A stretch of DNA of 64,000 nt from Trueperaceae bacterium. GTDB lineage: Bacteria > Deinococcota > Deinococci > Deinococcales > Trueperaceae. Positions 31,669 through 41,333 of this stretch are shown piece by piece. The notes under the pieces were generated by a model. The model was not told the origin of the DNA and ran no database searches. It saw nothing but the letters and a program-made list of their open reading frames with translations. How positions within the stretch are numbered: the first letter of the stretch is position 1; each line of letters starts with the position of its first letter. A program made the position numbers and the translations under genes. The stretch covers positions 1,280,001 to 1,344,000 of the forward strand of contig OZ243956.1 of assembly GCA_965214405.1 (NCBI GenBank), in the 5' to 3' direction.

Positions 31669-32546
31669 CCTTTGATCCCCGACATGGCGAGCCCCTTGAC
31701 GTAGTAGCGTTGCAACATCAAAAAGAGCACCGCGATGGGCACGGTGCTGACCGCCAGGGCCGCTTGCTGCAAAGACTCGTCTTCGATGTTGCCGAAAGCC
31801 CCGCGCAGGAGGTAAATCCCGACGGGCAAGGTTTCTAAGTTCGGCGCGGAGCGGGTGATGGTCAGCGTCCAGATAAACTCGTTCCACTGGTAGACGAACA
31901 CAAAAATACCGAGCGTCGCCAGCGCGGGTTTAACGAGCGGCAGCACGATCTGCGCGAAGATGCGAAACTCGGAGCAGCCGTCGATGCGGGCGGCCTCGAG
32001 CAGTTCGCTGGGAATTGTCATCATAAACTGGCGCATCATAAAAATGCCGTACCAGGTAATCAGAAAGGGCAAGATGAGCGCCGCGTAGGTGCCCAACAGC
32101 CCCGTGCCGCCCTCACCCAACAAACCGTTGCCACCCGCGAGGGGCCAAAAACGCATGAGGAAAAACATCGGGATGATAAAGAGAAAAAAGGGAAACATCT
32201 GCGCGGACAAGACGCCCCGGAACATCCAGTTGCGCCCCCGAAACTGGTATTTGGCGAGCGCAAAGCCCGCCATCGTGCTCGTGAGAAGCTGCAAAAAGGT
32301 GATGCTCACGGTGACGATAACGCTGTTCATGTACCACTTGCCGACAGGCAAGCTCCTGAACACCTCGGCGTAAACTCCCCACTGCGGGTCGGAGGGCCAA
32401 AAAACGGGCGGCTGCACAAAGCGCTCGGCGGGCGTCCGCAGCGCGCCCACGAACATCTCCACAAAAGGCAGGAGCATCAAAAAGCCTCCCAACGCGAGGA
32501 GCCCGTACTTGACGACGCTCCCCAATATCCACATGCGCCTACTCAT
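31665..32546 (-). CDS. Carbohydrate ABC transporter permease (MalG-like)
   Basis: EAA motif 'IPSELLEAARIDG'; 'WNEFIW'. Confidence 0.93.
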   Translation of the reverse strand: MSRRMWILGSVVKYGLLALGGFLMLLPFVEMFVGALRTPAERFVQPPVFWPSDPQWGVYAEVFRSLPVGKWYMNSVIVTVSITFLQLLTSTMAGFALAKYQFRGRNWMFRGVLSAQMFPFFLFIIPMFFLMRFWPLAGGNGLLGEGGTGLLGTYAALILPFLITWYGIFMMRQFMMTIPSELLEAARIDGCSEFRIFAQIVLPLVKPALATLGIFVFVYQWNEFIWTLTITRSAPNLETLPVGIYLLRGAFGNIEDESLQQAALAVSTVPIAVLFLMLQRYYVKGLAMSGIKG

Positions 32547-32612
32547 CGTTCTCCCCTCATCACCCTCACCTTACGCGCCAGCTTTAGAGGAGCGAAGGTG
32601 GAAAAATTCATC

Positions 32613-32660
32613 TCGACTTCCCACTCGGTACTGGGTACTCGTTCTCCCTCACCTCAACCG
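32613..32660. repeat. Degenerate 7-nt tandem repeat
   Basis: ttcccac tcggtac tgggtac tcgttct ccctcac. Confidence 0.5.
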
Positions 32661-32687
32661 ATTCTGCGCCCGCACAACACAAGATAC

Positions 32688-33623
32688 TCAGTACGCCTCG
32701 GTGCCGCCCCGCCGGAAGATGCGCAGTTGCACCAGGGTGATGATAAAAATCACCACAAAGAGAATGAACGCCGCCGCCGACGCGCGGCCCATGCGCAAGT
32801 CGGTAAAGGCCGTTTGGTACATGTAGAGCGCGGTCACGTTGGTGCTCTGCACCGGGCCGCCATTAGTTAAGACCAGAATAAGCGCGAAAGACGACCCCAT
32901 CGCGGCGATAAACGAGGTGATGCTGACAAAAAGGAGCGTCGGGCGAATCATCGGGACGGTCAGGTGCCAAAAGAGTTGAAAGGTGTTGGCCCCGTCCACC
33001 TTGGCGGCGTTGTAAAACGTATCGTCGATGCCCTCTAAACCAGCGGAAAAGAGCAACATGTTCTGTCCCAAGCCGTACCAAATAGCCACGATAATCACCG
33101 CCCACATCGCCACCGAGGGGTCGCCGAGCCAGTTAGGGCCGACGATGCCGAACCAGCCCAAAATCCGGTTGATGAGCCCGCCGTTACCCTTCAAAATAAA
33201 CTGCCAGAGAAAACCGATCGCCGCGACGTTGGTAATCATCGGCAGAAAGTAGAGCGAGCGCCAGAACGCTTTGTAGCGGCTCTGGGTAAAGACGAACGCC
33301 AGCACGAGCGCGAGCGGGACGCCGATAAGCACGCTGCCGAAGGCGAACTCGAGCGTATACACAACCGAATTGAGAAAGGTCGCGTCCTGAAAAAGGTAGC
33401 GGTAATTGCTCAGCCCGATAAACTTGGGCGTCGAGAGCGGGTTCCAGCGCGTGAAGGTGAGGTAGAGCGAAAAGCCGGTCGGCAGCAGGAAAAAAACGAC
33501 GAAAAATAGAAGCGTCGGCGCGAGAAAAACATAAGGTGCCCAGTCTTTTTGCTGGATGCGCCGCCGCCTGCGCCCTTTGGGGGCCGCAGGAACAGCGACG
33601 TCACCTATAGGTTTGGTAGCCAT
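32688..33623 (-). CDS. Carbohydrate ABC transporter permease (MalF-like)
   Basis: 'FIGLSNY', 'YNAAKVDGA', 'TNGGP'. Confidence 0.93.
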   Translation of the reverse strand: MATKPIGDVAVPAAPKGRRRRRIQQKDWAPYVFLAPTLLFFVVFFLLPTGFSLYLTFTRWNPLSTPKFIGLSNYRYLFQDATFLNSVVYTLEFAFGSVLIGVPLALVLAFVFTQSRYKAFWRSLYFLPMITNVAAIGFLWQFILKGNGGLINRILGWFGIVGPNWLGDPSVAMWAVIIVAIWYGLGQNMLLFSAGLEGIDDTFYNAAKVDGANTFQLFWHLTVPMIRPTLLFVSITSFIAAMGSSFALILVLTNGGPVQSTNVTALYMYQTAFTDLRMGRASAAAFILFVVIFIITLVQLRIFRRGGTEAY

Positions 33624-33754
33624 CGGCTCTTGTCAACGTCCATAGCAGTAGCCTCTTTCGCACCCTTTGACGATGAAATTTGTGATGTGAGGTGTGGGGT
33701 TTTCGTCGTGCTTGCGTTACAAGATTGAGTCGTACCGTACTCGCCTACAAATGC

Positions 33755-33791
33755 AAAAATAAAGAGAGTTTCGGACAAATCCGAAACTCTC
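33755..33791 (-). terminator. Hairpin after the solute-binding protein gene (terminator or mRNA stabiliser)
   Basis: 12-bp stem GAGAGTTTCGGA/TCCGAAACTCTC, T-rich tail on minus strand. Confidence 0.75.
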
Positions 33792-33801
33792 CTCTGTTCG
33801 T

Positions 33802-35076
33802 TTAGTAGTACTCCGCCAAGATGCCGCTGATTTCGCCATCCGCCTGCGTAAGCGCGTCTTCAGGGCTCAGCTCGCCGCGCCAGGCGCGTTCGATGTAGGT
33901 CTGCAAAATCCGCTCGATTTCGCTCGCTTGCACCACGTTGGGCTCGGTGGTGGAGCGGTCTAACGCGTCTGCAAAGGGCGCGGTGAAGAAGTCGCCGAGT
34001 TCGGCTTGCGCGTTGTCAATGTCGGTCTCGTTCGCGGTCAGCGCGCCTAAGTCCACGAGCATCCGGCCCATACAGGAGGGCTGGCCCTCTTCTTGCGAGG
34101 AGTTGAGCCACTGCAAAAAGGCCCAGGCTTCGTCCTGCACGTCGCTGTTGCCGTCTACCGCGTAAAAGAACGCGTACTGCAGGCTCTGCCAGTCTTCGCC
34201 CTGCGGAATCTGGCTTATGCCCACCGTCTCCTCGAACGCATCCCCAAAGGCGGCCTCGAGTTGCGACTCGAGCCACACCGGCGAAATCTGCATCGCCACC
34301 AAACCGCTGTTAAAGTCGTCCACGGTCAGGCTCGGCGTGGCCGCGTCCTGTTGAAAAAGCGCCACTTGCTGCGTCAGCGCCTCTACCGCCTCGGGCGATG
34401 TGAGGTTGGTCGCGGAAAAGTCGTCGGTAAATAGGCTCTGACCCTTAGAGTAAAGCAGCGTCAGGAATGGGTGTACCACCTCGGCGGTGGTCGTGCCCGC
34501 CGCGTAGCCCGCTTGAGTGATTTGTCCCTGGGCGTCTGTTTTGGTCGCCGCTTGCGCGACTTCCTCTAGTTCGGCCCAGGTCGTCGGCGGCGCGTCGTAA
34601 CCGGCCTCTTGCAGGAGTTGTTTATTGTAAATAAGTAGGTAGTTACTCACCTCGGTAGGGACGCCCCATAGCTGCCCCTGAATGCTCGCGGCGTCCACCG
34701 TGCTGGCGACGTAATTGTCCTGGACGAAAGAAACAATATCATCGGGCGGCGTCGCCAGGACGCCGTTCTCGACAAGCTGCGCGCCCCAGATGGAATAAAC
34801 GTGGTAGATATCGGGCGACTGACCGCCCAAGCGGGAAGTCAGGATGGTCTGCAAATAATCCCCGTAGGTAATCTGCTGATGCTCAATGATAATACCCGGA
34901 TTCTGTGATTCGTAGGCCCTGAAGCAGGGCTCGAGCACCGCGATGCTCTCGGGCGGATAGTGCGTCGCCAGCGTGACGGTCTGCGCGAACGCCGCCGTCA
35001 CAAACGTCATCAGTGACGCCAGCAGGAGCACCCCAGCCAGCCAATACGTTCTCACCGTTGATTTTTCCCTCATCAA
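33802..35076 (-). CDS. Carbohydrate ABC transporter solute-binding protein
   Basis: Signal peptide ending AFA-Q; 'GQLWGVP', 'LIYNKQLL', 'PPTTWAEL'; very acidic. Confidence 0.92.
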   Translation of the reverse strand: MMREKSTVRTYWLAGVLLLASLMTFVTAAFAQTVTLATHYPPESIAVLEPCFRAYESQNPGIIIEHQQITYGDYLQTILTSRLGGQSPDIYHVYSIWGAQLVENGVLATPPDDIVSFVQDNYVASTVDAASIQGQLWGVPTEVSNYLLIYNKQLLQEAGYDAPPTTWAELEEVAQAATKTDAQGQITQAGYAAGTTTAEVVHPFLTLLYSKGQSLFTDDFSATNLTSPEAVEALTQQVALFQQDAATPSLTVDDFNSGLVAMQISPVWLESQLEAAFGDAFEETVGISQIPQGEDWQSLQYAFFYAVDGNSDVQDEAWAFLQWLNSSQEEGQPSCMGRMLVDLGALTANETDIDNAQAELGDFFTAPFADALDRSTTEPNVVQASEIERILQTYIERAWRGELSPEDALTQADGEISGILAEYY

Positions 35077-35104
35077 AGTTTTCCTTTCCTCTTCTTGTAG
35101 AATG

Positions 35105-35118
35105 TTATAGCGTTATCA
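35105..35118. promoter_or_regulatory. Possible LacI-family operator
   Basis: TGATAACGCTATAA (minus strand), imperfect palindrome with central CG upstream of the ABC operon. Confidence 0.45.
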
Positions 35119-35305
35119 TGCAATAATTCACATCCCAAAACAGTCGCCCACCCCCCCTTCTCCTGCTCGTGGGGAGTGGTAGCAGGAGGAGTTTGCTGGT
35201 TTGGGAGGTAGGCGAGAGAAGAAAAAAGTGAGGATGCGGGGCGCGGGTCTTGTGGCAGTCCTTGCGAGGTTGAAGGCGTTCGTAAATAGCCGATGCCAAT
35301 ACGAT

Positions 35306-36529
35306 TTAGCCCAGCATCATCCGCTTCATCCACCTCGAGGGGTCTTTAATTTCGGCCAGCGTCGGCAGGTTTTCGGGTCTCTCCCAGACGCGGTTCATAA
35401 ACGCAATTCCTTGCGCTTTGACTACGGCATTTACAAAAGCCTCGCCCTGGCGGTACTGCGCCTTTTTGAGTTCCATCCCGGTAAGGCGGTCGAAGAGGTC
35501 CAGCAGCAACGACGGGTTCGCGCGTCGCGCCCTGACTCGAGCCTCGATAAGGTTGAAACTCGGCAGGATGCGGGTGCCGACCGCGTTCATGATGTGTTCG
35601 GCGTAGCCCTCGACAAGCGACATGAGCGCCTGAAGCTCGTCTAGTACCGCGCGTTCTTCGGGGGTTAAAAAGCGCTCGAGCAGTCCCCCATTAGAGCGCA
35701 GGAGCCCAGAGAGAACGTCCAGCGGACGCGTCTGGGGCGTGACCAAGCGCGCCGAGAGCTTGGCTATGAAACGGTTTAGGAGCCCGCTAAAGTGAGGACG
35801 CACCCAGGAAAAACTCTCGAACTGAAACGCGTGCGTGGTCTCGTGCAGCGCAATCCAGAGTCGGAAGTCCTCGCCCGTTAGGCCCAGCTCTTGCTCAAGC
35901 TTAGCGATGTTCGGCTCCACAAAAAGGAGCGCGCCGGGCGCACTCTCCTGTGTAGCGTCGTCGGGCGATAAGAGGCTCAAGTCGTACTGGCCGAGCACGC
36001 GCCGCGCGAGAAAGCCCAGCAGGCCGCCCATCTCGACCCCAGCCACCCGGCGACCTACCTCGCCCACCTCCGCGAGCCGCCCCTGGGTTCCGAGCCCGGC
36101 GAGCAGCGAGGTGAACAGGCCCTCGAGCGACGCAAAATTGGCCTCCACCCACTCACGGCGGTCCACGACGCGCACGCGCCCTGTCGTCTCCGGCAGTTCC
36201 GCCCCCAGGTACTCCGCGATGAGCGGTTCGCTCCGCGCGACTAAGTCCGCGTACTGCGCCTCGCGCATGGCGCGAGCGGGCACGCCCGCGTCCTCCCAGC
36301 CCGACACGCGCAGGGCCACGCGCCGCGCGAGGGACCAGTCGATGATATCGGCGGGGGTTTGGGCGTTTTTAGCCTGAGGCGGGGCGTAGCGAGCATTCTC
36401 GCGTTCCCGCCGCGTGGCGACGTAGCGCACGCCGTAGCCAGCGGCGACGCCCAGCAGCAGCGCCGATCCGAGGCGCAAGAGACGCTTTTGTGAAGGTGGC
36501 GAAGATAGAGAAGTGTTTGAGTAGGTCAT
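35306..36529 (-). CDS. Zinc-dependent metalloprotease (Zincin_2/DUF2342 family)
   Basis: 'VLGQYD', 'LFVEPNI', 'ALHETTH', 'EGYAE', 'LPTLAEI'. Confidence 0.88.
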   Translation of the reverse strand: MTYSNTSLSSPPSQKRLLRLGSALLLGVAAGYGVRYVATRRERENARYAPPQAKNAQTPADIIDWSLARRVALRVSGWEDAGVPARAMREAQYADLVARSEPLIAEYLGAELPETTGRVRVVDRREWVEANFASLEGLFTSLLAGLGTQGRLAEVGEVGRRVAGVEMGGLLGFLARRVLGQYDLSLLSPDDATQESAPGALLFVEPNIAKLEQELGLTGEDFRLWIALHETTHAFQFESFSWVRPHFSGLLNRFIAKLSARLVTPQTRPLDVLSGLLRSNGGLLERFLTPEERAVLDELQALMSLVEGYAEHIMNAVGTRILPSFNLIEARVRARRANPSLLLDLFDRLTGMELKKAQYRQGEAFVNAVVKAQGIAFMNRVWERPENLPTLAEIKDPSRWMKRMMLG

Positions 36530-36634
36530 GGTTCCTTTCTTGTTAGGCGTGATAAATATTGCGTGACATTCTTCCCAAGTGTCCTTACAATCGCGGTAGG
36601 CGTAAAGCGCTCCGACATCTAAAAACTAAAGACG

Positions 36635-36862
36635 TTAGCTCTCGCCAAAGCCGAGTTCACCCAAGAGTTCTTCCGCTCGCTCCGCCGTGTCGGTGTGACC
36701 ACTGTCAAAAGCACCTCCACCAGGCGACAAGCCTCTGGGATTCAAAAGATGATTACGCAGCGCCTCCCGGATCACCTCAACCGTCGGCCTCTTTTGCCGC
36801 AGCGCCTCGAGCCTGAGCAAGATTTCCGGTTCTGAGTCGAGATGAGTAGTGACGCGTTTCAT
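36635..36862 (-). CDS. CopG/RHH antitoxin-like protein (orphan)
   Basis: 'MKRVTTHL...EVIREAL...GAFDSGHTDTAERAEELL..GFG', VapB-like. Confidence 0.65.
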   Translation of the reverse strand: MKRVTTHLDSEPEILLRLEALRQKRPTVEVIREALRNHLLNPRGLSPGGGAFDSGHTDTAERAEELLGELGFGES

Positions 36863-36946
36863 GGTCACGTTAGTGTATACGCCTTTGTAAGGGGGAAAGT
36901 AGCGCGCCCATACAGCAAACGCCGAAGCCAAACGTATCCTGCTCCA

Positions 36947-37288
36947 GTGAGCTACATTTTCCACATTACCCACCGCTCGAGCTGGGAAAAGGCGCTTCAA
37001 AAGGGTTTCTATGAAGCGGCGTCCTTACATACCGAGGGCTTTATTCACTGCTCGACGCTCACACAAGTGACCCGAGTGGCAAACTTTTTGTACAAGGGTC
37101 AGGCGGATTTGGTTTTGTTAAAGATTGACCCTGTGAGGCTCGAGGCGCCCGTGAGGTATGAAGCGCCTGAGAACGGCGAAGAGAAGTTTCCGCACATCTA
37201 TGGGACGCTGAACGCTAACGCGGTTGAAGGGGTTTTGAATTTTCCTCCAGAGCCGGACGGTACGTTTTTCCTACCGCTCGAGGCGTAG
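36947..37288 (+). CDS. DUF952 family protein
   Basis: 'IFHIT', 'EGFIHCS', 'FPHIYG'; TATCCT-N6-GTG. Confidence 0.88.
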   Translation: MSYIFHITHRSSWEKALQKGFYEAASLHTEGFIHCSTLTQVTRVANFLYKGQADLVLLKIDPVRLEAPVRYEAPENGEEKFPHIYGTLNANAVEGVLNFPPEPDGTFFLPLEA

Positions 37289-37373
37289 CCTCCGTACAAA
37301 CCTTGATTCCGCGTGCAGTGAGGGTGCTTCTCAAAAACAGAAGCCCCCACCTCTCCCCTGTTATGCTCCTAAA

Positions 37374-38540
37374 GTGACGGAACGCAGCATCACCCGGAGG
37401 CGCGTGGGCGAGAAACCCGAAGTCGTTATCGGCTGGCTCTTGGCTGCCGATTTGCGCGACGCCAAGCTGCTAGCGGCCTATGAGGAGGCGCGCTCGCGGC
37501 TGCAAGCGCTGTTACAAAACCAGTTTCCCGAATTTGACTGGCGGATGCCCTTTGTCGAGCGGCGCACCTTTTCGCCGCGGGGGGCCTTAAAGCTCTTGCC
37601 ACTCTTGGAAGCGGGCGCGGAAGAAAAACTCTACCGCCGCTGGGACTTTGCGCTCGTGGTGGTGCCCAACGATTTAGCGCCCCGCCGCCGCATCCGCACC
37701 CTCGGTGTGCCCTCGTCGGCCTTGGAGGTGGCGGCTTTATCAAGCGCCCTCCTCGGCTCGGGTGAGGGATTAGTCGAGCGCACTGCCGCCTTGGCGCTGC
37801 ACCTTTTGGGTCACCTGTTGGGCTTTGAAACGGCGGACGAGGGGGAGGGACCCATGCGCGCGCCCGAACCCGATACGCTGCGGCTCGAGCCCTTCCCCGA
37901 CGCGCAGCGCGAGGAGGTGTTGGAGCGCCTGCATGAAGTGACCGACGTGAGGCTGGAAGAAAAAGCTACCCGCTGGAACGCCTTTTCGTTCTACTGGCAC
38001 GCGCTCCTGGCCGACCCCTTTTCTATTGTGCGCAGCATCGTCGGTTACGCGCCCTGGCGCATCCCGCTCTACTTAGGCCGCCTCACCGCGACGGTGGCGG
38101 TGTCGCTCCTCTTTTTGCTCCTCACCGCCGAATCCTGGGAGGCGGGCGCGCATATCCGCGCCCCTTGGCTGGGTGTCGGGGTGGCGGCGTCGGTGGTGGC
38201 GGCGAGTCTCTTTGTTTTCTTTGGTCAGCACTTGGACCAGGTGGGCCGCGGTCGCGGCTGGAGCGAGCAGATGGCGCGCTCGAGGATCGTCCTTTTGGGC
38301 ACGCTCTTCGTGGGGATGGTGTCGCTCTGGCTGGTGCTCTTCGTTATCCTCTTCATCGTCTCGCTCGCGCTACCCGTGAACGTGACCGCAGGGTGGGCAG
38401 GGTTTGAGCCCGCCACTCTGCCGCGCGTCAAATATGTCGCGTTCATGGCCTCAATCGGCATCCTCGCCGCGGCGCTCGGCGGAAATTTAGAAGAGGAGGA
38501 CGCGATCAAGGCCGAACTCTTTTTTGATGAGGAGGTTTGA
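37374..38540 (+). CDS. Hypothetical protein: zincin-like soluble domain plus about 4 C-terminal TM helices
   Basis: Long ORF with host codon usage; 'LHLLGHLLG'; hydrophobic C-terminus; TGnTATGCT-N6-GTG. Confidence 0.7.
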   Translation: MTERSITRRRVGEKPEVVIGWLLAADLRDAKLLAAYEEARSRLQALLQNQFPEFDWRMPFVERRTFSPRGALKLLPLLEAGAEEKLYRRWDFALVVVPNDLAPRRRIRTLGVPSSALEVAALSSALLGSGEGLVERTAALALHLLGHLLGFETADEGEGPMRAPEPDTLRLEPFPDAQREEVLERLHEVTDVRLEEKATRWNAFSFYWHALLADPFSIVRSIVGYAPWRIPLYLGRLTATVAVSLLFLLLTAESWEAGAHIRAPWLGVGVAASVVAASLFVFFGQHLDQVGRGRGWSEQMARSRIVLLGTLFVGMVSLWLVLFVILFIVSLALPVNVTAGWAGFEPATLPRVKYVAFMASIGILAAALGGNLEEEDAIKAELFFDEEV

Positions 38541-38590
38541 GGGCGCGGGGACGGTCGCGTATGCTCACGCGTTAGCCAGTAGAGCTAAAA

Positions 38591-38625
38591 AAGTATCGAG
38601 TACCGAGTGAAAAGTGCTGAGTAGA
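38591..38625. repeat. 7-nt tandem array (purine-rich arm)
   Basis: aagtatc gagtacc gagtgaa aagtgct gagtaga. Confidence 0.65.
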
Positions 38626-38676
38626 GTCAAAAACCTTTTCTCCCCATCTCCTATCTCCTCCGCTCCCCACCTCGGC

Positions 38677-40089
38677 TCACGGTGCCTCTTCCTCCTCAAT
38701 CAGCCTGTCGACCTTCTCCACATACGCCTTTGGCTTGGCTTTGCGTTTCAGGCCCTCCGCGGACATGTAGCGGACCTTGCCGAAGACCGCGCGTTCTTGC
38801 CAAGGGCGGTCGTGCTGGCCGAAAACCCAGGCCACGTTGGCGAACGAGTTGGCGTCGCGGCCATCCAAGAAATATTTGTTGTTGAGGTAAAGCGTCGTCT
38901 GGTGTGCGTATTCGGGGGTGTTGGTCCACTCGAGAATCTTCTTGCCCCAGTACATCCGCATGTAGTTGTGCATGTAACCCGTAAAACGCATCTCGCGCAT
39001 CGCCGCGTTCCAGTAGGGGTCGTGCGTCTGGGCGCTTTCAAGTTGCTCCCGCGTATATATATAGTGCCGCTCGTCGTCGCGGTGCTCGGCCAGGGTCTTT
39101 TTGGCCCAGTCAGGGAGGCACGTGTAGGAATCATAATCGGGCTCGTAATACACAAAGTTCATGGGCAACTCGCGGCGCACGATAACTTCTTCTAGGTACG
39201 TCTCGATATTCTCTTCCGACGCGTTCGCCTCGCGGACGCGGAGCGCCAAGTACACGGGCGAAATCTGGCCGAAGTGCAGGTATTTGCTCATGTGCGACAC
39301 GTCCGAAGTCTGGGGCTGGTTGCGGTTGTCGGCGTAGTCGCTAAAGCGCGCCTCTAAAAACTCGTCCAGCCATTCTTTGGCCCTGGTGGTGCCGCCCTCA
39401 AAAAACTGGCTCACGGGTTCGACGCTGCGGTCGAGTTTCATCGAGCCCAGCAGCGCGTCTAAGTCGCTCAGGTCGAAACCGTCTTTGAAATCTTTCTTTA
39501 GACTCAGCGAAGGTTCTTTTAATGTGACCTCGGGCAACTCGACGAGAAACCGCTGGAGATGTTTTTTGAGTTTGGGCCGCAGCGTGCGCGCCGCGTACTC
39601 CTTTTTATCCGAGGCCAATTCGACGGGCACCACCACGTCGGACTCGACTTGCATCACGCAGCCCGCGGCCTCCGCGGCGACCCGCTCGCGCCAGGCACGT
39701 TGCGGGCGCAAGTAACCCCGGTCGCAGACGATGAGCGAGGCTCGAGCGCCAAGCTCCAACGCCACCTCGTCGGGCCTTCCCTTACGCAAGACAAAAGGGA
39801 CGCCCCGCTTTTGGAGCGCTTCCTCAACATCTTTAAGGCCCTCGAGCATAAACCTGTAATGCCGCACGTTGGCGTCCGGGTAATCGTCCATCAGCCCAAA
39901 CCCCACGAGCAGCGGTTTGTTCAGCTCGTTGGCTTGGGCAATAGCGTATTCAAGCGCGTGGTTGTACTCGCTACGCTGCGAGCCCTGCATCCAGTAAAAA
40001 ACGTAGTCGCCATCTCGCACGTCTTTTTCGTTAAGCGCCTGAACGCGCTCCTCTTGTAGCCCCTCGAGTCCCGCCACTTTATCCGCCAT
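38677..40089 (-). CDS. phr: Deoxyribodipyrimidine photolyase, class II
   Basis: 'YWMQGSQR..YNHAL', 'MSKYLHFGQ', 'MHNYMRMYWGKKILEW', 'DGRDAN'. Confidence 0.93.
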   Translation of the reverse strand: MADKVAGLEGLQEERVQALNEKDVRDGDYVFYWMQGSQRSEYNHALEYAIAQANELNKPLLVGFGLMDDYPDANVRHYRFMLEGLKDVEEALQKRGVPFVLRKGRPDEVALELGARASLIVCDRGYLRPQRAWRERVAAEAAGCVMQVESDVVVPVELASDKKEYAARTLRPKLKKHLQRFLVELPEVTLKEPSLSLKKDFKDGFDLSDLDALLGSMKLDRSVEPVSQFFEGGTTRAKEWLDEFLEARFSDYADNRNQPQTSDVSHMSKYLHFGQISPVYLALRVREANASEENIETYLEEVIVRRELPMNFVYYEPDYDSYTCLPDWAKKTLAEHRDDERHYIYTREQLESAQTHDPYWNAAMREMRFTGYMHNYMRMYWGKKILEWTNTPEYAHQTTLYLNNKYFLDGRDANSFANVAWVFGQHDRPWQERAVFGKVRYMSAEGLKRKAKPKAYVEKVDRLIEEEEAP

Positions 40090-40189
40090 GCTTCTAGCCT
40101 ACCGTCCAGGGCGCGCAGCACAGCAAGAGTTGCTACGAAAGGCTGAGCGAAAAAGACCGAGAGGAAAATGTACTAACCTCTCCTCTCAG

Positions 40190-40238
40190 TCCTCGTTACT
40201 TTCTACTCGGTGCTCGGTACTTTTTACTCGGTACTTTC
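40190..40238. repeat. 7-nt tandem array (pyrimidine-rich arm)
   Basis: tactttc tactcgg tgctcgg tactttt tactcgg tactttc. Confidence 0.75.
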
Positions 40239-40279
40239 TCACTCCCCACTTATGCCGAACAAAGCATACGTAACACGGA

Positions 40280-41122
40280 TCAAAGGTAAATCCGGCGATA
40301 ACGCGCCAGCACGAGCGCGAAAATACCGTAGGCGATAAACCCGAGCGCGACGATGCCCAAAAGCCAAGGGCCGTAGGAGGCGCTCGAGAGCTCCCTAAAT
40401 GCCTGACCCAACCCGCCCGCTTGGCTCGGATTGGCCTGAAGCGCCGCCTGAATCAAGAACCAGCCGATCATCGCGTAAACCACACCTCTGGCCGCGAAGC
40501 CGAGCCGCCCGACGCGCGTCGCCCAGGTTTCTTCGGTTTGGCTCATGCGGCTCAGCATGAGTTTTTCTTTGAATTTGGCGCTGTAAGCGCGGTAGAACTG
40601 ATAGAGCCCCACGGCAATCACGATAGCGCCGACGATGCCGACCAGCCACCGGCCGAAAGGCTGCGCCATCAGCCGGGCCGTCCAGTCTTGCGCGCTGCTC
40701 CCGCCGCCACTGCCGCCACTGCTACTCGAGCCCAGCGCGAGCCCCACCGCGGCCACCGCCAAACCCAGATAGATAAGCCCGCTTATCGCAAAACCCGTGC
40801 GTTTCACGAGTCCCTTGGCGTCCGAGCCGTCCCCCTCGGTGTCTTGCGCGGCCATGACGAAGCGCCACAAGGCGTAGCCGAAGAGCCCAATAGCGACGGT
40901 GGCGAGTAGAATTTGTCCGAAGGGCTGCTCGAGGATCGTCCGCAACGCCCCGCGCTGATCCAGCGAACTACTCGAGCCGCCCGACCCGAACGCCGCCGCG
41001 AGCGCGAGGCCGCCGACCACCATGTAGACAACCCCCTTGGCCGCGTAGCCAAAGCGCGCGAGCCACTTCACCCAGGGTTTGGCCCGCTCTTTCGCCTCGT
41101 GCGCTTTTCTTGATGTGCTCAT
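40280..41122 (-). CDS. DUF1206 membrane protein
   Basis: 'ARFGYAAKGVVY', 'QPFGQILL', repeated 'QPFGRWLV'. Confidence 0.87.
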   Translation of the reverse strand: MSTSRKAHEAKERAKPWVKWLARFGYAAKGVVYMVVGGLALAAAFGSGGSSSSLDQRGALRTILEQPFGQILLATVAIGLFGYALWRFVMAAQDTEGDGSDAKGLVKRTGFAISGLIYLGLAVAAVGLALGSSSSGGSGGGSSAQDWTARLMAQPFGRWLVGIVGAIVIAVGLYQFYRAYSAKFKEKLMLSRMSQTEETWATRVGRLGFAARGVVYAMIGWFLIQAALQANPSQAGGLGQAFRELSSASYGPWLLGIVALGFIAYGIFALVLARYRRIYL

Positions 41123-41305
41123 TCAGCCTCCCTTTAGTTGATAATTCTCGTTCTGCGTCACGTTTCGGTTTCACTTCGTGCTCGAGAAAGTATAAAGCAT
41201 CCGGCGCGGCCTCCAGGCGACTCGAGCCGCCCGTTACAAAAGCCGATCCACCCATAAAGCTTTAATGAAGAACTGCTCTCATCATCTCGTGACGAATGTG
41301 GAGTA

Positions 41306-41333
41306 TCTTACACGCATCTCAGGATGTTCTCAT
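41306..41333. promoter_or_regulatory. 11-bp-spaced direct repeats (OmpR/PhoB-type site?)
   Basis: TCTTAC (41306), TCTCAG (41317), TCTCAT (41328). Confidence 0.35.

Noticed and set aside
31669..31887. Extended 574-aa N-terminus of YcaO in the ORF track
   Set aside because: Overlaps the permease coding region; the ATGA-coupled start at 31668 is far more plausible
33605..33643. Short ORF MDVDKSRWLPNL as a possible YcaO precursor or frameshifted permease start
   Set aside because: Overlaps the permease start out of frame, has no RiPP-like features, and cannot be resolved without reads
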